A stretch of 64,000 nt of DNA from NCBI RefSeq assembly GCF_009914755.1, contig NC_060927.1; one strand, given 5' to 3'. Positions 1 to 17,686 of this stretch are shown piece after piece; position 1 is the stretch's first letter; each line of letters opens with the position of its first letter. This stretch comes from the human T2T-CHM13v2.0 reference genome, Homo sapiens. The translations under genes were made by a program, and so were the position numbers. The notes under the pieces were generated by a model. It had not been told where the DNA came from, searched no databases, and worked only from the letters and a program-made list of their open reading frames with translations.

Positions 1-1560
1 TTAAATAAATCTGAGTACCGAGGGTAACAGTGGAGATTCATGTGGGGACATCCTGTCAGAATCAAGCATGAGAAGCCTGATTGCCACCATCGGGCTGGTT
101 GTTGTGGTTAGGTTTGGGCGTGTTTTTTGTTTGAGGGGATTTAAAAAATCTTTTCCATCCATCTCTTCTAAGGGCAGGGTTTTCCTTGGCTGATCTCCCA
201 CTCTCCAAGGACTTTAAGATCTGAGATAATCTGATGGAATCCTTGTATTTTAACCCCTTTGTCACACAGTGAAGCACTTCAGTCATAGCCCCTTAGCCTC
301 TTCTTGACAGGAGTTTATTTGGCTGGAGTTTGTTTGTTTGTTTGTTTATTTGTCACTTCTCCAGCTTTGTTTGACCTCTACTACTAACCACTGAGCCTGA
401 TTTAACCTTTTAAAAAAAAATTGTCATTATTCTATAGATGGCACTTGCAAATCAGTTTTGAGAAGAGCTGCTTGTAAGTCATCAGGATGTTCATGATTAA
501 ATATAATCATGTGTTATCAGACTGAAAGCAAAACGAAAGCAAGACATTGTGACCACAGCATTTTCCAAACCTCATAATTAGCTAAAATAGTTTTAATGTA
601 AGAATCACAAGATCCATTTTAGGCATGCAAATTGTATCCTAAGTCTCATAATACATACTTGGGCCAGAACATAGAAAATAATTTTATTTGCTTTGTGAGT
701 AAGTCTCTTATTTTTTTATGGGATGCGTCTATAATGAACTTAGCTGTCACTAATTAGAAAAAAAAGTTAAGCAGGAACTTGGAAAATAACTTTTTTATTA
801 CAAAGAAAATGCTCATATCATTTTTAGAAATATTCTTTTATTTTTAAAAATTCTCTATTTGCAAGTTAATAGAAAGGAGATGTAGTAAAGATCGCTGATT
901 ACAAGATCTATTTCTTGCTGGTATTCTGATTACACTTAGCTTTAAGGAGAGTAAGTGCTGTATCTATAGCGATGTTAGTGATTTGACAGAGACATTCTGA
1001 ATTTTTCAAAGAGAAGTATTTATGGAATTTTAGAATCTTCTAGCCTAGTTTCTTCCTCTTCTGGATAAGAAACTTGAGATCCACCAAAGCTGAAGTGTTC
1101 AGCTAAGTGAAAGCAGAGTACAAAAGCTAATTTTAACTATAGGAGGGAAAAAAAGGTTTAAACGTTGCCTTTTGACATTTTCTAAGTTTTATTTACATTA
1201 AATATTCTTAGTGTTTTGATAAAAGTCTATTTTTTATAATAGTCTATTTCTAAAGGGAAATTCTGCTTGATAATTTCATGATCTTTGATAATCTTTAATA
1301 ATTTACATGAAAGAAAAAATAGAAACAGAGCTTAGATTTTTTCTTTCTTTTTTTTTATTATACTTTAAGTTCTGGGATACACGTGCAGAATGCGCAGGTT
1401 TGTTACATAGGTATACATGTGCCATGGTGGTTTGCTGCACCCATCAACCCATCATCTACATTAGGTATTTCTCCTAATGCTGTCACTCCCCTTGCCCCCC
1501 ATTCCCTGACAGGCCCTGAAGTATGATGTTTCCCTCCCTGGGCCCATATGTTCTCATTGT

Positions 1561-5344
<3,784 letters not shown>

Positions 5345-5407
5345 TATGATGCCAGCTGGTTATTTTGCCCATTACTTGATGCGGTTTCTTAAGAGTGTCA
5401 ATGGTCT

Positions 5408-6436
5408 TTACATTTTGGTTTGTTTTTGCAGTTGGCTGGTACCGGTTTTTCCTTTTCATATTTAGTGCTTCCTTCAGGAGCTCTTGTAAAGCAGGCCTGG
5501 TGGTGACAAAATCCCTCAGCATTTGCTTGACTGTAAATTTCTCCTTCACTTCTCCTTCACTTATAAAGCTTAGTTTGGCTGGATATGAAACTCTCAGTTG
5601 AAAATTCTTTTTTTAAGAAGGTTGAATATTGGCCCCTACTCTCTTCTGGCTTGTAGGGTTTCTGCAGAGAGATCCACTGTTAGTCTGTTGGGCTTCCCTT
5701 TGTGGGTAACCTGACCTTTCTCTCTGGCTGCCCTTAACATTTTTTCCTTCATTTCAACCTTGCTGAATCTGATGATGATGTGTCTTGGAGTTGCTCTTCT
5801 CAAGGAGTGTCTTAGTGGTGTTCTCTGTATTTCCTGAATTTGAATGTTGGCCTACCTTGCTGGGTTGGGGAAGTTCTCCTGGATAATATCCTGAAGTGTG
5901 TTTTCCAATTTGATTTCATTCTCCCTGTCACTTCCAGGTACACCAATCAAACGTAGGTTTGGTCTTTTCACATAGTCCCATATTTCTTGGACACTTTGTT
6001 CCTTCCGTTTCATTCTTTTTTCTCTAATCTTGTCTTTACGCTTTATTTCATTAAGTTGATCTTCAATCTCTGATATCCTTTCTTCTGATTTATCAATTCA
6101 GCTATTGATACTTGTGTATGCTTCACAAAGTTCTTGTGCTATGTTTTTCAGCTCCATCAGGTCATTTATGTTTTTCTCTAAACTGGTTATTCTAGTTAGC
6201 AATTCCTCTAACCTTTTATCAAAGTTCTTAGCTTCCTTGCATTGGATTAGAACATGCTCCTGTAACTCGGAGGAGTTTGTTATTACCCACTTTCTGAAGC
6301 CTACTTCTGTCAATTTATCAAACTCATTCTCCATCCAGTTTTTTTTCCCTTGCTGCCAAGGAGTTGTGATCCTTTGGAGGAGAGGAGGCATTCTGGTTTC
6401 TGAAATCTTCAGCCTTTTTTTGCCAGTTTTCCTCAT
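5408..6436 (-). pseudogene. Disrupted L1 ORF1 (RNA-binding p40)
   Basis: ATGAGGAAA start at 6436. Peptides ENEFDKLTEVGFRKWVITN...LEKNINDLMELKN and LRDFVTTRPALQELLKEAL lie in different frames. Confidence 0.9.
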
Positions 6437-7746
6437 CTTCATGGATTTATCTACCTTTGTTCTTTGCTGTTGGTGACCTTCAGTGAGTTTTTGCGTGGTC
6501 ATCCTTTTTGTTGATGTTGATGCTATTGCTTTCTGTTTGTTAGTTTTCTTTCTACCAGTCGGTCCCCTCTTCTGCAGGTCTGCTGGAGTTTGCTGGGGTC
6601 CATTCCAGACCCTGTTTGCGTGAGTATCACCAGTGGAGGCTGCAGAACAGCAAAGATTGCTGCTTTCTCCTTCCTCTGGAAGCCTCGTCCCAGAGAGGCA
6701 CCAGCCATATGCCAGCCAGAGGTGTCCTATTTGAGGTATCTGTCGACCCCTGCTGGGAGGTGTCTCCCTTTCAGGAGGCACAGGGTTCAGGGACCCACTG
6801 AGGAGGCAGTCTGTCCCTTAACAGAGCTTGAGTGCTATGCTGGGAGATCCACTGCTCTCTTTAGAGCCAGCAGGCAGGAATGTTTAAGTCTGCTGAAGCT
6901 GCACCCACAGCCGCCCCTTCCTCTAGGTGCTGTGTCCCAGGGAGATAGAGAGATGGGAGTTTTATCTATAAGCCCCTGTCTGGGGCTGCTGCCTTTCTTT
7001 CAGTAATGCCCTGCCCAGAGTGGAGGAATCTAGAGAGGCAGTCTGGCTACAGCAGCTCTACCAAGCTGCAGTCGGCTCTGCCCAGGTCGAACTTCCTGGC
7101 AGCTTTCTTTACACTGTGAAGGGAAAACTGCCTACTAAAGCCCCAGTAATGGTGGACGCCCCTCCCCCGACCAAACTCAAAAGTCCCAGGTCAACTTCAG
7201 ACTGCTGTGCTGGCTGCAGTACTCTCATTCCAGTGGATTTTAGCTTGCTGGGCTCCAATGAGCAAGACCACTTGGCTCCCTGGCTTCAGCCCCCTTTCCG
7301 GGGGAGTGAACGGTTCTGTCTCGCTGGCATTCCAGGCGCCACAGGTGTATGGAAAATACTCCTACAGCTAGCTCGGTGACTGCCCAAAAGCTGCCCAGTT
7401 TTGTGCTTGAAACCCAGGGCACTTGTGGGGTAGGCACCTGAGGGAACCTCCTGGTCTGTGGGTTGCAAAGACCATGAGAAAAGCATAGTATCTGGGCAGG
7501 AGTGCACCATTACTCAAGGCACAGACCCTCATGGCTTCCCTTGGTTAGGGGAGGGAGTTCCCTGACTCCTTGTGCTTCCTGGGTGAAGCAGTGCCCCACC
7601 CTGCTTTGGCTCATCCTTCATGGGCTACACCCACTGTCTAACCAGTCCCAGTGAGATGAACCAGGTACCTCAGTTGGAAATGCAGAGATCACCAGCCTTC
7701 TGCGTTGGCCTCTCTGGGAGCTGCAGACTGGAGCTGTTCCTATTCA

Positions 7747-7755
7747 GCCATCTTG
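7747..7755 (-). promoter_or_regulatory. YY1 motif (CAAGATGGC) at the L1 5' UTR start
   Basis: GCCATCTTG on the + strand, at the known position of the L1 sense-promoter YY1 site. Confidence 0.7.
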
Positions 7756-8104
7756 CCCAGGAACAGAGCTTAGATTTTATGGCAAATGTTGATGAGTAAG
7801 AAAAAAAGTTATTACTTTCAATCGATTTACAGGTCCTGGCAATTGAAACATGAAAGTTGAGTGGATAGGAGCTTTAAAAAAAAAGCTTTGATTCAACCTA
7901 ACTCATATGTTTTGTAGGCAAAACGAAGAGTGCAAAATTGGATAGGACATAATTTAAGGACATTATTGTCCAGGAAAGTTGATGAAAGAAGTATACAGAA
8001 AACTATAGTACAAAGAAAAATGTAAAAATTTTCACTAGGGAGGTATAAGCGAAGTGTTATAAGAGGTTAGAGAAGGAACGTAGGCTGTGGGGCTAGTCTG
8101 ATGG

Positions 8105-9118
8105 CTCTCCATGATATCTATAATTGATGGCTCCCAAATGTTTACCTCCAGGTAAACATTATCTGGAGCTCAACTCATACATCCAGCTGCCAGCTAGGTA
8201 TCTCCACTTAGATATCTAACGTAGCATGTCCAGAACTCAATTCCAGCCTTGCTCCTGAAAACCTTCTTTCCTACAACTTTCGCCATCTGGGTTGATGGCA
8301 ACTTCATCTTTCCAGTTGCTTAGGCCACTTGACATCATTCTTGTCTCCTTTCTTTCTGTCTTATACTACATCTGATCTAAGAGGAAATTCTATTGACTCC
8401 ACCACAGTATGTGTCTACAATCTAATGACTTCTCCACTACCATCATCCTGGTCCAAGCCACCATTGCTTCTCAACTAGATTATTGAAGTAGCCTACTAGA
8501 CCGTTTCCTTGCCTCCACCCTTTCCATGCCTTATAACTTTTTCACAGCACAACACAGATCAGTTGACATCACTTGTATTTCCCAGTCTCCCTGTGGCCCC
8601 TCATTCCTCTCAAAGTCCTACATGATCTGTGGCACCCCTCAGCTTCATCCCTACTAACATCTCTTTCTCTGACTTGGCTCCAGCCACATTGGCCGCCTTT
8701 GCTGTTCCTCTTACATGACAGTAGACTCCCATCTCGGGTCCCTGGCACTGGCTCAAATGTTCTCTCAGATATCCATATAGATCTTTCCTTAACTTCCTTC
8801 CACTCATTGCTCAAACATCTTCTTAGTAGGTTCTATCCTGACCATTCTCTTTCAAATTTCAATGCCCTCTCCTAGCATTTCTGATTCTCCTTACAGTTTC
8901 TTTTTTCTTATATAGCACTTCTTATCTTTTAGCATACTATATAATTTATCTATTCTTTTTTTGTTTTATTTTGTGATTTATTATCCAGATTCTTCTGTTA
9001 GAATCTGAATTCCAAAAGGGCAGGATCCTTGCTTGTTTGGTCCACTGCTAAATCCCAAGTGCCTGGAACAGTATCTGGCACAGAGCAAGTACTCAATGAA
9101 TATTTGTGAATAAGTAAG
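8105..9118 (+). mobile_element. LINE-2 3' portion (L2a-like)
   Basis: Typical L2 3' sequence ending CCTGGAACAGTATCTGGCACAGAGCAAGTACTCAATGAATATTTGTGAATAAG. Confidence 0.85.
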
Positions 9119-9169
9119 CAAGTGGACTCATGAGGGAATTGGGGTTACTCCAAAAAAAATGGAGGTGGT

Positions 9170-9350
9170 AAGCAATTTTTAAACAACACTGGCTCACAGC
9201 CCCCTATGAAAGTCTGTTGAATCCTATGTACCTCCTTCCCAGAATAATGCACATCTGCGAATTTACACAAAATGTGGGCTTCACACTCAGGAGGCTCATT
9301 CACATTCTAAGATTCATCATCCAAGGACCCAAGATTAAGAACCTATGTCC
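9170..9350. mobile_element. Probable hAT-Charlie DNA transposon relic
   Basis: Ends with GGACCCAAGATTAAGAACC, resembling Charlie/MER5-group termini. Subfamily uncertain. Confidence 0.45.
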
Positions 9351-10016
9351 TAGGTAGAAAGAACAATATAGACAAAGATTCAGAGGCTGGAATGTGCAGT
9401 ATGGGTTAGAGATTCAGCAGGAACTATTTGGCTTGAGTGTGTGATGAAGTAAGAGAGCAATGGAAGACTTGTTTGGGCTGTATCGGAGAGGGCCTTGAAT
9501 GCCACAGTGAAGGTTGTTTCTATTTAACATGCAAGGCAATAGAAAACATGAGGAACCATATCCAGTAATTTTGTCTTTTATTTACCAGCAATTCAATGTA
9601 TAACTTTGCACAATTTATTTCTGTCTTCCTTTGCCTTTTAAACATGTGAAACGGGTAAAATTTCTGAAAGATTTGTACAAGCTGCCTCTTATTATGAAAG
9701 ATATCGTTAAGTACTTCATTTTTGACAATTAAAATGCATCTTAGTTTATTAACTTCCCTTACACTTCTGACATATCTCAGTTGTATCATTATCCTAGAAT
9801 CTGATTACTATTAATATCATTTGATTCATTGACATCTAAGTTTTCAACTGATGCTTTGTTTTGATATTTGGGGGATATCTAGAAATTTCCCATCACTCAA
9901 AGGCCCTAAAAATTCTCCCAAATGTGGCAGTACAGAAAATGAGACCATTCTGGGCTTCTAGCTTCCTATCCAGAATGTCCTGTGTACCATGCAAAAGGTA
10001 TATAAGCCAACCATGT

Positions 10017-10234
10017 TTTCTTTCTTTCTTTTTTTTTTTTTTTTTTTTTTTGGCTGGAGGCTCAAGGGATTCTAGCCAGGAATTCAGGTGCATGTCACCA
10101 TGCCCAGCTAATTTTTTGTGAAGGTGGGGTTTCACCATGTTGCCCAGATTGGACTCAAATTCCTGGGCTAAAGTGATCCTCCTGCCTCGGCCTCTCAAAG
10201 TACTGGGATTATAGGCATGAGCCACCATGCCTGT
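10017..10234 (-). mobile_element. AluJ-like element with largely deleted right arm
   Basis: Poly(T) at 10017-10051, a scrambled right-arm remnant, then an intact left arm (…GGGATTATAGGCATGAGCCACCATGCCTG). Confidence 0.88.
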
Positions 10235-10281
10235 CTCATCCATGCTTTCTACTCTCCCTCCCAAATTAAAAATATGGTTCT

Positions 10282-10831
10282 ATGTTCCAGTTACAATTGT
10301 TGTGTAACAAACCACCCAGAACTGAGGGGCATAAACCAACCATTTATTCTGCTCACAGAGTCTCTGAGTTAGGAATTTGGGCAGGGCACAACAGAAATGG
10401 CTTATCTCTGCTCCACAATACCTAGGGTCTCAGCAAAAAAATGTCCAAAGTCCAAGAGTGACTTGAAGGCCAGATATTGAAATCACATGAAGGATTATTC
10501 ATTTTCGTGTCTGTTATCTGGGCTAGGATAATTCAAAGGTTGAGATTGTGGACTAAAAGCCTTACTCTCAATGTGGTTTTGGTTTCCTCACAACCATGGA
10601 GGCCTCAGGGTAATCTAACTTGTTATGCGGGCAGCTCCAGTACAACTATTTCAGTGAACAAGGTAGAAACAGCCTAGCTTTTTGTGACCTAATGTCAGCA
10701 ATCACATGGCAACATTTCTGCCATACCACAGTAGTCACAACTGTGCCTCCATTCATGGAGAGGAAACAGGGATCTCACAGCTCTCTATAGGAAGTCTGTC
10801 AATAGTGTAACCATTTTTTTAAAACACCACA
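10282..10831 (-). mobile_element. MaLR solo LTR (MLT1G/H-like)
   Basis: TGTTCCAGTTAC…GTGTAACAAACCACCC…GGAATTTGGGCAGGGCAC…AAAACACCACA, with TG/CA termini. Confidence 0.75.
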
Positions 10832-10944
10832 CTTGAGCAAATATGAGCATCATTATGGAGAGTGCAGGACACATTTCTTCCTACTGACTTTTTCCCTATA
10901 GGGATGAGACACAACTAGACTTGCCATTCGTTCAAGGCCTTTAT

Positions 10945-11155
10945 GCATTATGGACTGTGCTAAGGCTTCACATCCATTTTCTTCAGTACCTGTTACAGCC
11001 TTGTAATATGGGTGTTGTTATTTCTATATTACAAATGGGAAAGTGTTGCTCAAAGAGATCGAGAAATTTACTGTGTTCTCAAGGCTAACAAGTAGTAGAG
11101 AAAAGATTTGAACCTACAACTGATTATTTCCCAGTCCCATGTTCCCCCTACTAGA
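10945..11155 (-). mobile_element. MIR SINE
   Basis: Antisense MIR core (ATTACAAATGGGAAAGTG…GATTTGAACCTAC). Confidence 0.65.
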
Positions 11156-12359
11156 ATATGATGCTTTGCCTTCTACCCCTCAGGATTACTATTTTGTTAG
11201 TAAAATAATAGGTAGAAAAACACAGGAAACAACATCCGCACAACAATTGCAATTAAGTGCCAATTATGTGAAATAAATGATCAGGTTAATAGAAGTAACC
11301 TCTGTTTTAAAGGATTTTAGAATATGTGTGTAGATAGCACAAAGATTCCTAGAAAACTGATGAAACCAGAACTTTGAAAATGAGAGTTGGAAAACTCAAC
11401 ATAAAGGAAATAATATACAGGGCACAATCAAAATATTTTTAGCTCATGGTTCCTAAATACTGGTCAACCACTGTTTTCAAAAAGCCTACATTTGTGAGGG
11501 GGACTTGTTCTTATCAATCTATATTGAGTTATGTTATTGCCTACATGTTCTGGGTCTCTGTGAGCACACATGAACTCTCTGTGGCACAGAGTGAATGCAT
11601 TCTTTGGATAGTCTCCAGTGAGAGCATTTCCTAAATATTATCCTTGCATTTGGAATTGTTCATGGGCCTCATTTTACCTCATGAGGTAAAGAGATTACTT
11701 GCAGAGTGGTGAACATATTGTTAGGCCCAAATTTAACCATTTTTTTTTCTTGTGACAGAATCCTCAGGATTGTAGCAACAGGCAGAATGTCGTAAAGAAA
11801 TTTGGATTGAAGAAAGGAGAGGAAAGGATGACCCTTAAACAGGCAGCCTGTCTCATACCCTCCTTATTGCCAGCCAAGAGTTCATATTCCATCTTTTCTT
11901 TCTTGTCAATCTAAACATGTGAAACTAGAGATCTAAAAAAGATTCTCTCCAGTACTTCCTCAGGTTGGAATAACACCAGGAAAAGCAAAAGACAGACATG
12001 CTTATCAATGTTTACTTGAAAGATTGGGTTTTCAATGTTGGTACAGAGCATCATTTTGGCAGACAATTCCAGGCTATGGTAACATTTGAGCAATCTCCTC
12101 TGGCACCCAGCATAATGGCATCAGTCACACTTTGACAGGAGAATTTTCTTCCCATGTTCTTGTTCTTGTCAGGAACTCCTTCCGTCAAATGGCAAAAGGG
12201 GAACACAGGAGTGGACATACCTTAACTTAAAAGATGGTATGTCTGCTTTTATATGCTTTGGCAAAGCATCTACTTTAGGGTCCAAGCATATAGCAGGGCC
12301 CCAATAAATGCTGGTGGGATTGTATCAGTCCCCTATCTCAGCTGAAATGTGGCTATTCA

Positions 12360-12668
12360 GCCAGGCATGGTGGCTCATACCTTTAACCTCATTACTTTGG
12401 GAGGCTGAGGTTGGCAGATCGCTTAAGCTGAGGAGTTCGAGACCAGCCTAAGCAACATGGTAAAAACCCATCTCTATAAAAAAAAAAAAAAATACCAAAA
12501 TTAGCCGCATATGGGGGTGTGCATCTGCAGTCTCAGCTACCTGCAGGGCTGGGGCAGGAGGATTGCTTGAACCCAGAAGATCGCACCCCTGCACTCCAGC
12601 CTGGGTGACAAAGTGAGACCCTGTCACAAAAAAAAAACAAGCAAAAAAAAAAAAAAAACAAAACAAAA
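12360..12668 (+). mobile_element. AluJ-like SINE
   Basis: Dimeric Alu with A tail. TSD GAAAT(G/A)TGGCTATTCA at 12344-12359 and 12669-12684. Short deletion in the right arm. Confidence 0.93.
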
Positions 12669-14024
12669 GAAATATGGCTATTCAATTTCATAGGAGAATT
12701 TCAGAAGAATCAAGGGGGAGTATCGAGGTAGACAGGCTGGAAAGATGATTCCACAATACTGTTTCATGCACTGGGGCGGACAGGCAATTAAGTTTTCGGT
12801 GCTCCTCTGTGAAATGAGAATATGTAAGAAAATATTTTTTAAGCCTAAGTTTTTTACAAACAAAAATTTCAAGCTAAAAGACTTTCCTTTATTCTAAGAA
12901 TATTCTTTCTGACTTTTTTAGGGGGTAGGGGCTTGAAAATCTTTCCTTTTATGAAATGATAATGGCAGTAAATAATAGTTGTTTTTCCTTTTTAATGTCC
13001 TTTCTTGGCAAAGTGAAAAGTTGGCAAGTCATAGCAGAATCCAAATTTGTTTATTGGTTAGCTGTTTTAATTACTGCAAGAAATATGAAGGTCTGGGAAT
13101 TTCTAGACTAGGCAATTGATATTTTTTCTCTTGAATTTTAGAAAAATGGAAGAATTCTTTAAATAGTACAATAGGCGATGGAGTTGGTAATGAATAGCTG
13201 TATCACCTACTTGGAGAAAAACTTAGTATTTCTCATTCATATATGTCATTAAGATGTATATTCCATATACAGCATTTATACACAAGCAGGCAAGTTCAAA
13301 GATGTTTACTGTAATATATTATTTGTGCACACACATACTTTCATTAAAGACTGCTAATATATCTATGCACCAATGAAAGAGGTGGCAATGTGCTTGTAAG
13401 GAATTATACATGTTTTCACTGAAAACCTAGGTCATGATAAGGCACTCCTGGTTCTGCTTTGCATCCTGAACTGCTGACACACAGTTCTAGCCTTGATAGA
13501 TGAGTTCATTATTCCTTTCTAAAAGCAAGTAGATTTCCAGGTGTGTCCATTACATCTAAATGAAATTTGCCTAATGTTATCCAGTGCTGGCCTGGAGTCA
13601 GCCTGCAGGACCCATTGCTCCTCTTACTTTAGCCTGTGTTTCATACCTACAGATTCTAACAGATGATTTAGACCCGTTTGGATAGTCATTCCTTACTGTC
13701 AAATTGGCTGCCCGTTTGCACTGTTATGGGATTACAAGTAAGGAAGCTGAGCCACATCGTTGTTATATGCTCTTTATGAACTCTACTTACATGTAAAAAA
13801 ATTACATATTTCAAATACTAGTGGCATTTTCTGTATAGGATATGTGAAATCCCCAATTATATAATTGTTGTCAGTGGTGGGAGAGAGGAGTAGGTCAAGA
13901 TCATAGTTTCCACTTTTAAATTACATAGCAATTTCTTTCACCTATCCTGATTTTAATAAACATCTATGTGGTAATCACAGAGAACTCAAAAATACAGTAT
14001 ACAGTTATAGTGTTGAAAATGTTT

Positions 14025-14285
14025 TCATTAACTCAATAAATAAGTATTTTTGAGCACTTATTTTATATATGACACTGTAAGGCATTGGGCACACAGAAAG
14101 TGTGAGCCATTAATTCTGCCCAGAGGAAGCTCACATTCTACCAAAAGAGAGAAACGGTCATCCATTCTCAGACATTTACTGAATGCCTACCATGTGCCAG
14201 GCACTATTCAAGGGACCTGAGAATACAATAATGAAAAGAAGAAATAAGATGCTGATCCTCAGAGCAGCTAGATTCTGTGGATAAG
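14025..14285 (-). mobile_element. L2 3'-end fragments
   Basis: Two antisense L2 tails (…ATTTTTGAGCACTTA…, …CATTTACTGAATGCCTACCATGTGCCAGGCACT…). Confidence 0.65.
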
Positions 14286-14309
14286 TCAATGAAAAAACTA
14301 AAAAGTGGG

Positions 14310-15120
<811 letters not shown>

Positions 15121-15560
15121 ACAATAGCATAAAAATTAGTGTTAGAGTAAGTGTATGTATTCCAAGCTATGCAAATTCCATAAGGAAGTAACTGGTACCA
15201 TAAGGGTAGCAAGGTGCTTACACAAGTACCTTAAGGAAGAGTTGAGGAACCTGGGAAATCTAAGTTGGGCCTTGAAAAAGGAGTGGGAGTTTTCTGGCTT
15301 AACTAGAGAGGGAAGAGGTTGGAGGAACAGGGCAGGTGAAAATACCCGCTTAAATATGAGAGAGGATTGAGTTTTTGGAGAGCGTAACTAGTCCCTTCTG
15401 ACTCCAGCATGGCTTAGGTAGTAGAGGCAGGCCTGGAGAATGGTGTGGCATGTGGGAAGTAGTTGCAGAACCTGGGGATGGGTAGGAGAGGAGGCAGAGG
15501 CCAATGCCAGGAGCCTTGAGTGACAGCTGAAGGACCAGGCGTGTATCATGTAGGTTCTTA

Positions 15561-16175
15561 TGTTAATTTCCTATGGCTGCTGTAATGAATTATCCCAGGC
15601 TTGCTGGCGTCAAACAACAGAAATTTATGTTCTAACAGATCTGGGAGCCAAAAAACCTAAATCCAGTAGAGTTGCACTCACTCCAGAGTCTCTAGGAGAG
15701 AAACTTTCCTTTCCTGTTTGAGCTTTTGGTGACTGCCGGGGCACCTTAGCCCCTGGCTTGATAACTCCACTCTCTATCTCTGTCTTCACATGGCCCTCTT
15801 ATCTTCATTCACGTATCTCCTCTGTGGGTCTCTCATAAAAACACTTGTCATTGGATTTAGTGCCCACTTGGATTATCCAAGACGATTTCTTCTGCAGGTC
15901 TTTAACTTAATTACATCTGCAAGGACCCTTGAATATATCTCCCAACATTCATGTGTTGGAAACTTAACCCCTAATGCAACAGTGTTGAGAAGCGGGACTT
16001 TGAAGAGGTAATTCGCTCATGAGAGCTGTGCCCTCATGAATGGATTAATACCATTATTTTGGAATAATAATACCATTATTTAGGCCCTTTTTCCAAGCTA
16101 GGTCACCTTCACAGGTTCTGAAGGTTGGGATGTGGACAAGGCTTGGGGGAGGGTAGCACCATTCAACCTACTACA
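15561..16175 (-). mobile_element. MaLR solo LTR (MLT1B/C-like), interrupted at 15931-16081
   Basis: TTTCCTATGGCTGCTGTAA…AAACAACAGAAATTTAT…TTAATTACATCTGCAAGGACCCTT…ATTCAACCTACTACA. Confidence 0.8.
15931..16060 (+). mobile_element. MST-type (MSTB/D-like) LTR fragment nested in the MLT1 LTR
   Basis: ATTCATGTGTTGGAAACTTAACCCCTAATGCAACAGTGTTGAG…GCCCTCATGAATGGATTAAT, opposite in orientation to the host LTR. Confidence 0.7.
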
Positions 16176-17011
16176 GTGCTGATGGGGCAAATCATAAGCA
16201 AGAAATAGTATAATCAGATTTAATTTCTTGGGAGATGGTGCTGGCAGGTCAAGCCTGAGGGTTCCTTAAGGACTGGAGATGTTTCTTGGTCATTATTAAG
16301 AGCAAAATATCTTTCATGGTTTCTGATTTGCTGATTATTGAATTAATGAAGAAATAAATGAATTTGCAAGCCAGTAGAAAAAATATTGCCAATATTTAGA
16401 GATGAGGAGGGCACTTTTCCAGTGGAAGTGGATCAATAAGTGTTTTAAATAAACGCTCGCCCTGGGGCAAAAATTATTCTCACATGTGGGTGTTCCTTAT
16501 TAGGCCACTTAAAAACACACAAAGCCAATCAACCTTTACTGTACAGACATGAAGTTTATTCATTCAAAAAATATTTAGAGAGCATTTACTGTTTGAAAAT
16601 GTTCCCAGCTCGCAGGAGCTAACAATATATAAATAATAGGTAAACCAGAAAATAGAGTCATAAATGCGAAAATAAATTCTGATGTGGTGTGAAAGAAAGT
16701 GTAGAGGAGTGTTGAGGTTGAGTGGTCAGGGAAGGCCCCACTGAGGAGATGGATTTGACGTTGAACAGTGGGAATATCTGGGTGATGGGCATTTCAGGCT
16801 CACAGCTGCCACCGATAGTCTTAAGGACTAAACTTGGCCTGTTGGAGGGAAAGTGAGAATGAAAAAGAGAGGCATAGAGGAGACCCAAGAAGCATGTGGG
16901 ACCACATCCTTTGAAACCTTGTAGGCCAGGATAAAAAGTTTGGATTTTAAAAGCAAACAGAAACCACTGGAGGATTTTAAACAGGAGCATGACATGGTCA
17001 GATTTCCATTT

Positions 17012-17217
17012 AAATGGTTGTCTTTCAGCCTTGGCACTATTGGCATTTCATTCTGGATAATTCTTTGCTGTGAGGCCTGTCCTATGTGTTGTAGGATATT
17101 TAGCAACATCCCCGGATTCTACCCACTAGATGCCACGCCCATGTCAACCAAAAATATTTCCAGATATTGCCAAATGGCCCCTGTGGGACAAAATCACTCC
17201 CACATGAAAACCACTGA
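17012..17217. mobile_element. MER20 (hAT-Charlie)
   Basis: CCTTGGCACTATTGGCATT…GGATAATTCTTTGCTGTG…CCCACTAGATGCCA…CCAGATATTGCCAAATG…GAAAACCACTG. Confidence 0.88.
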
Positions 17218-17358
17218 TTTTAATAAATCACTCTGCAACTACTTCAAGGAGAAATTTTTGCAGGAGACATAATAGTGAAAGCCAAAAGACCAGTTAGAGA
17301 GCTGTAATATGTTCCAGGCAAGAGAAGATGGTAGTTTTTAACTGCAGAAAGAGAAATG

Positions 17359-17686
<328 letters not shown>

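Noticed and set aside
431-445. CTCF-like TCTATAGATGGCAC
   Set aside because: The 5' half of the core deviates from the consensus, so it is not supportable without ChIP data.
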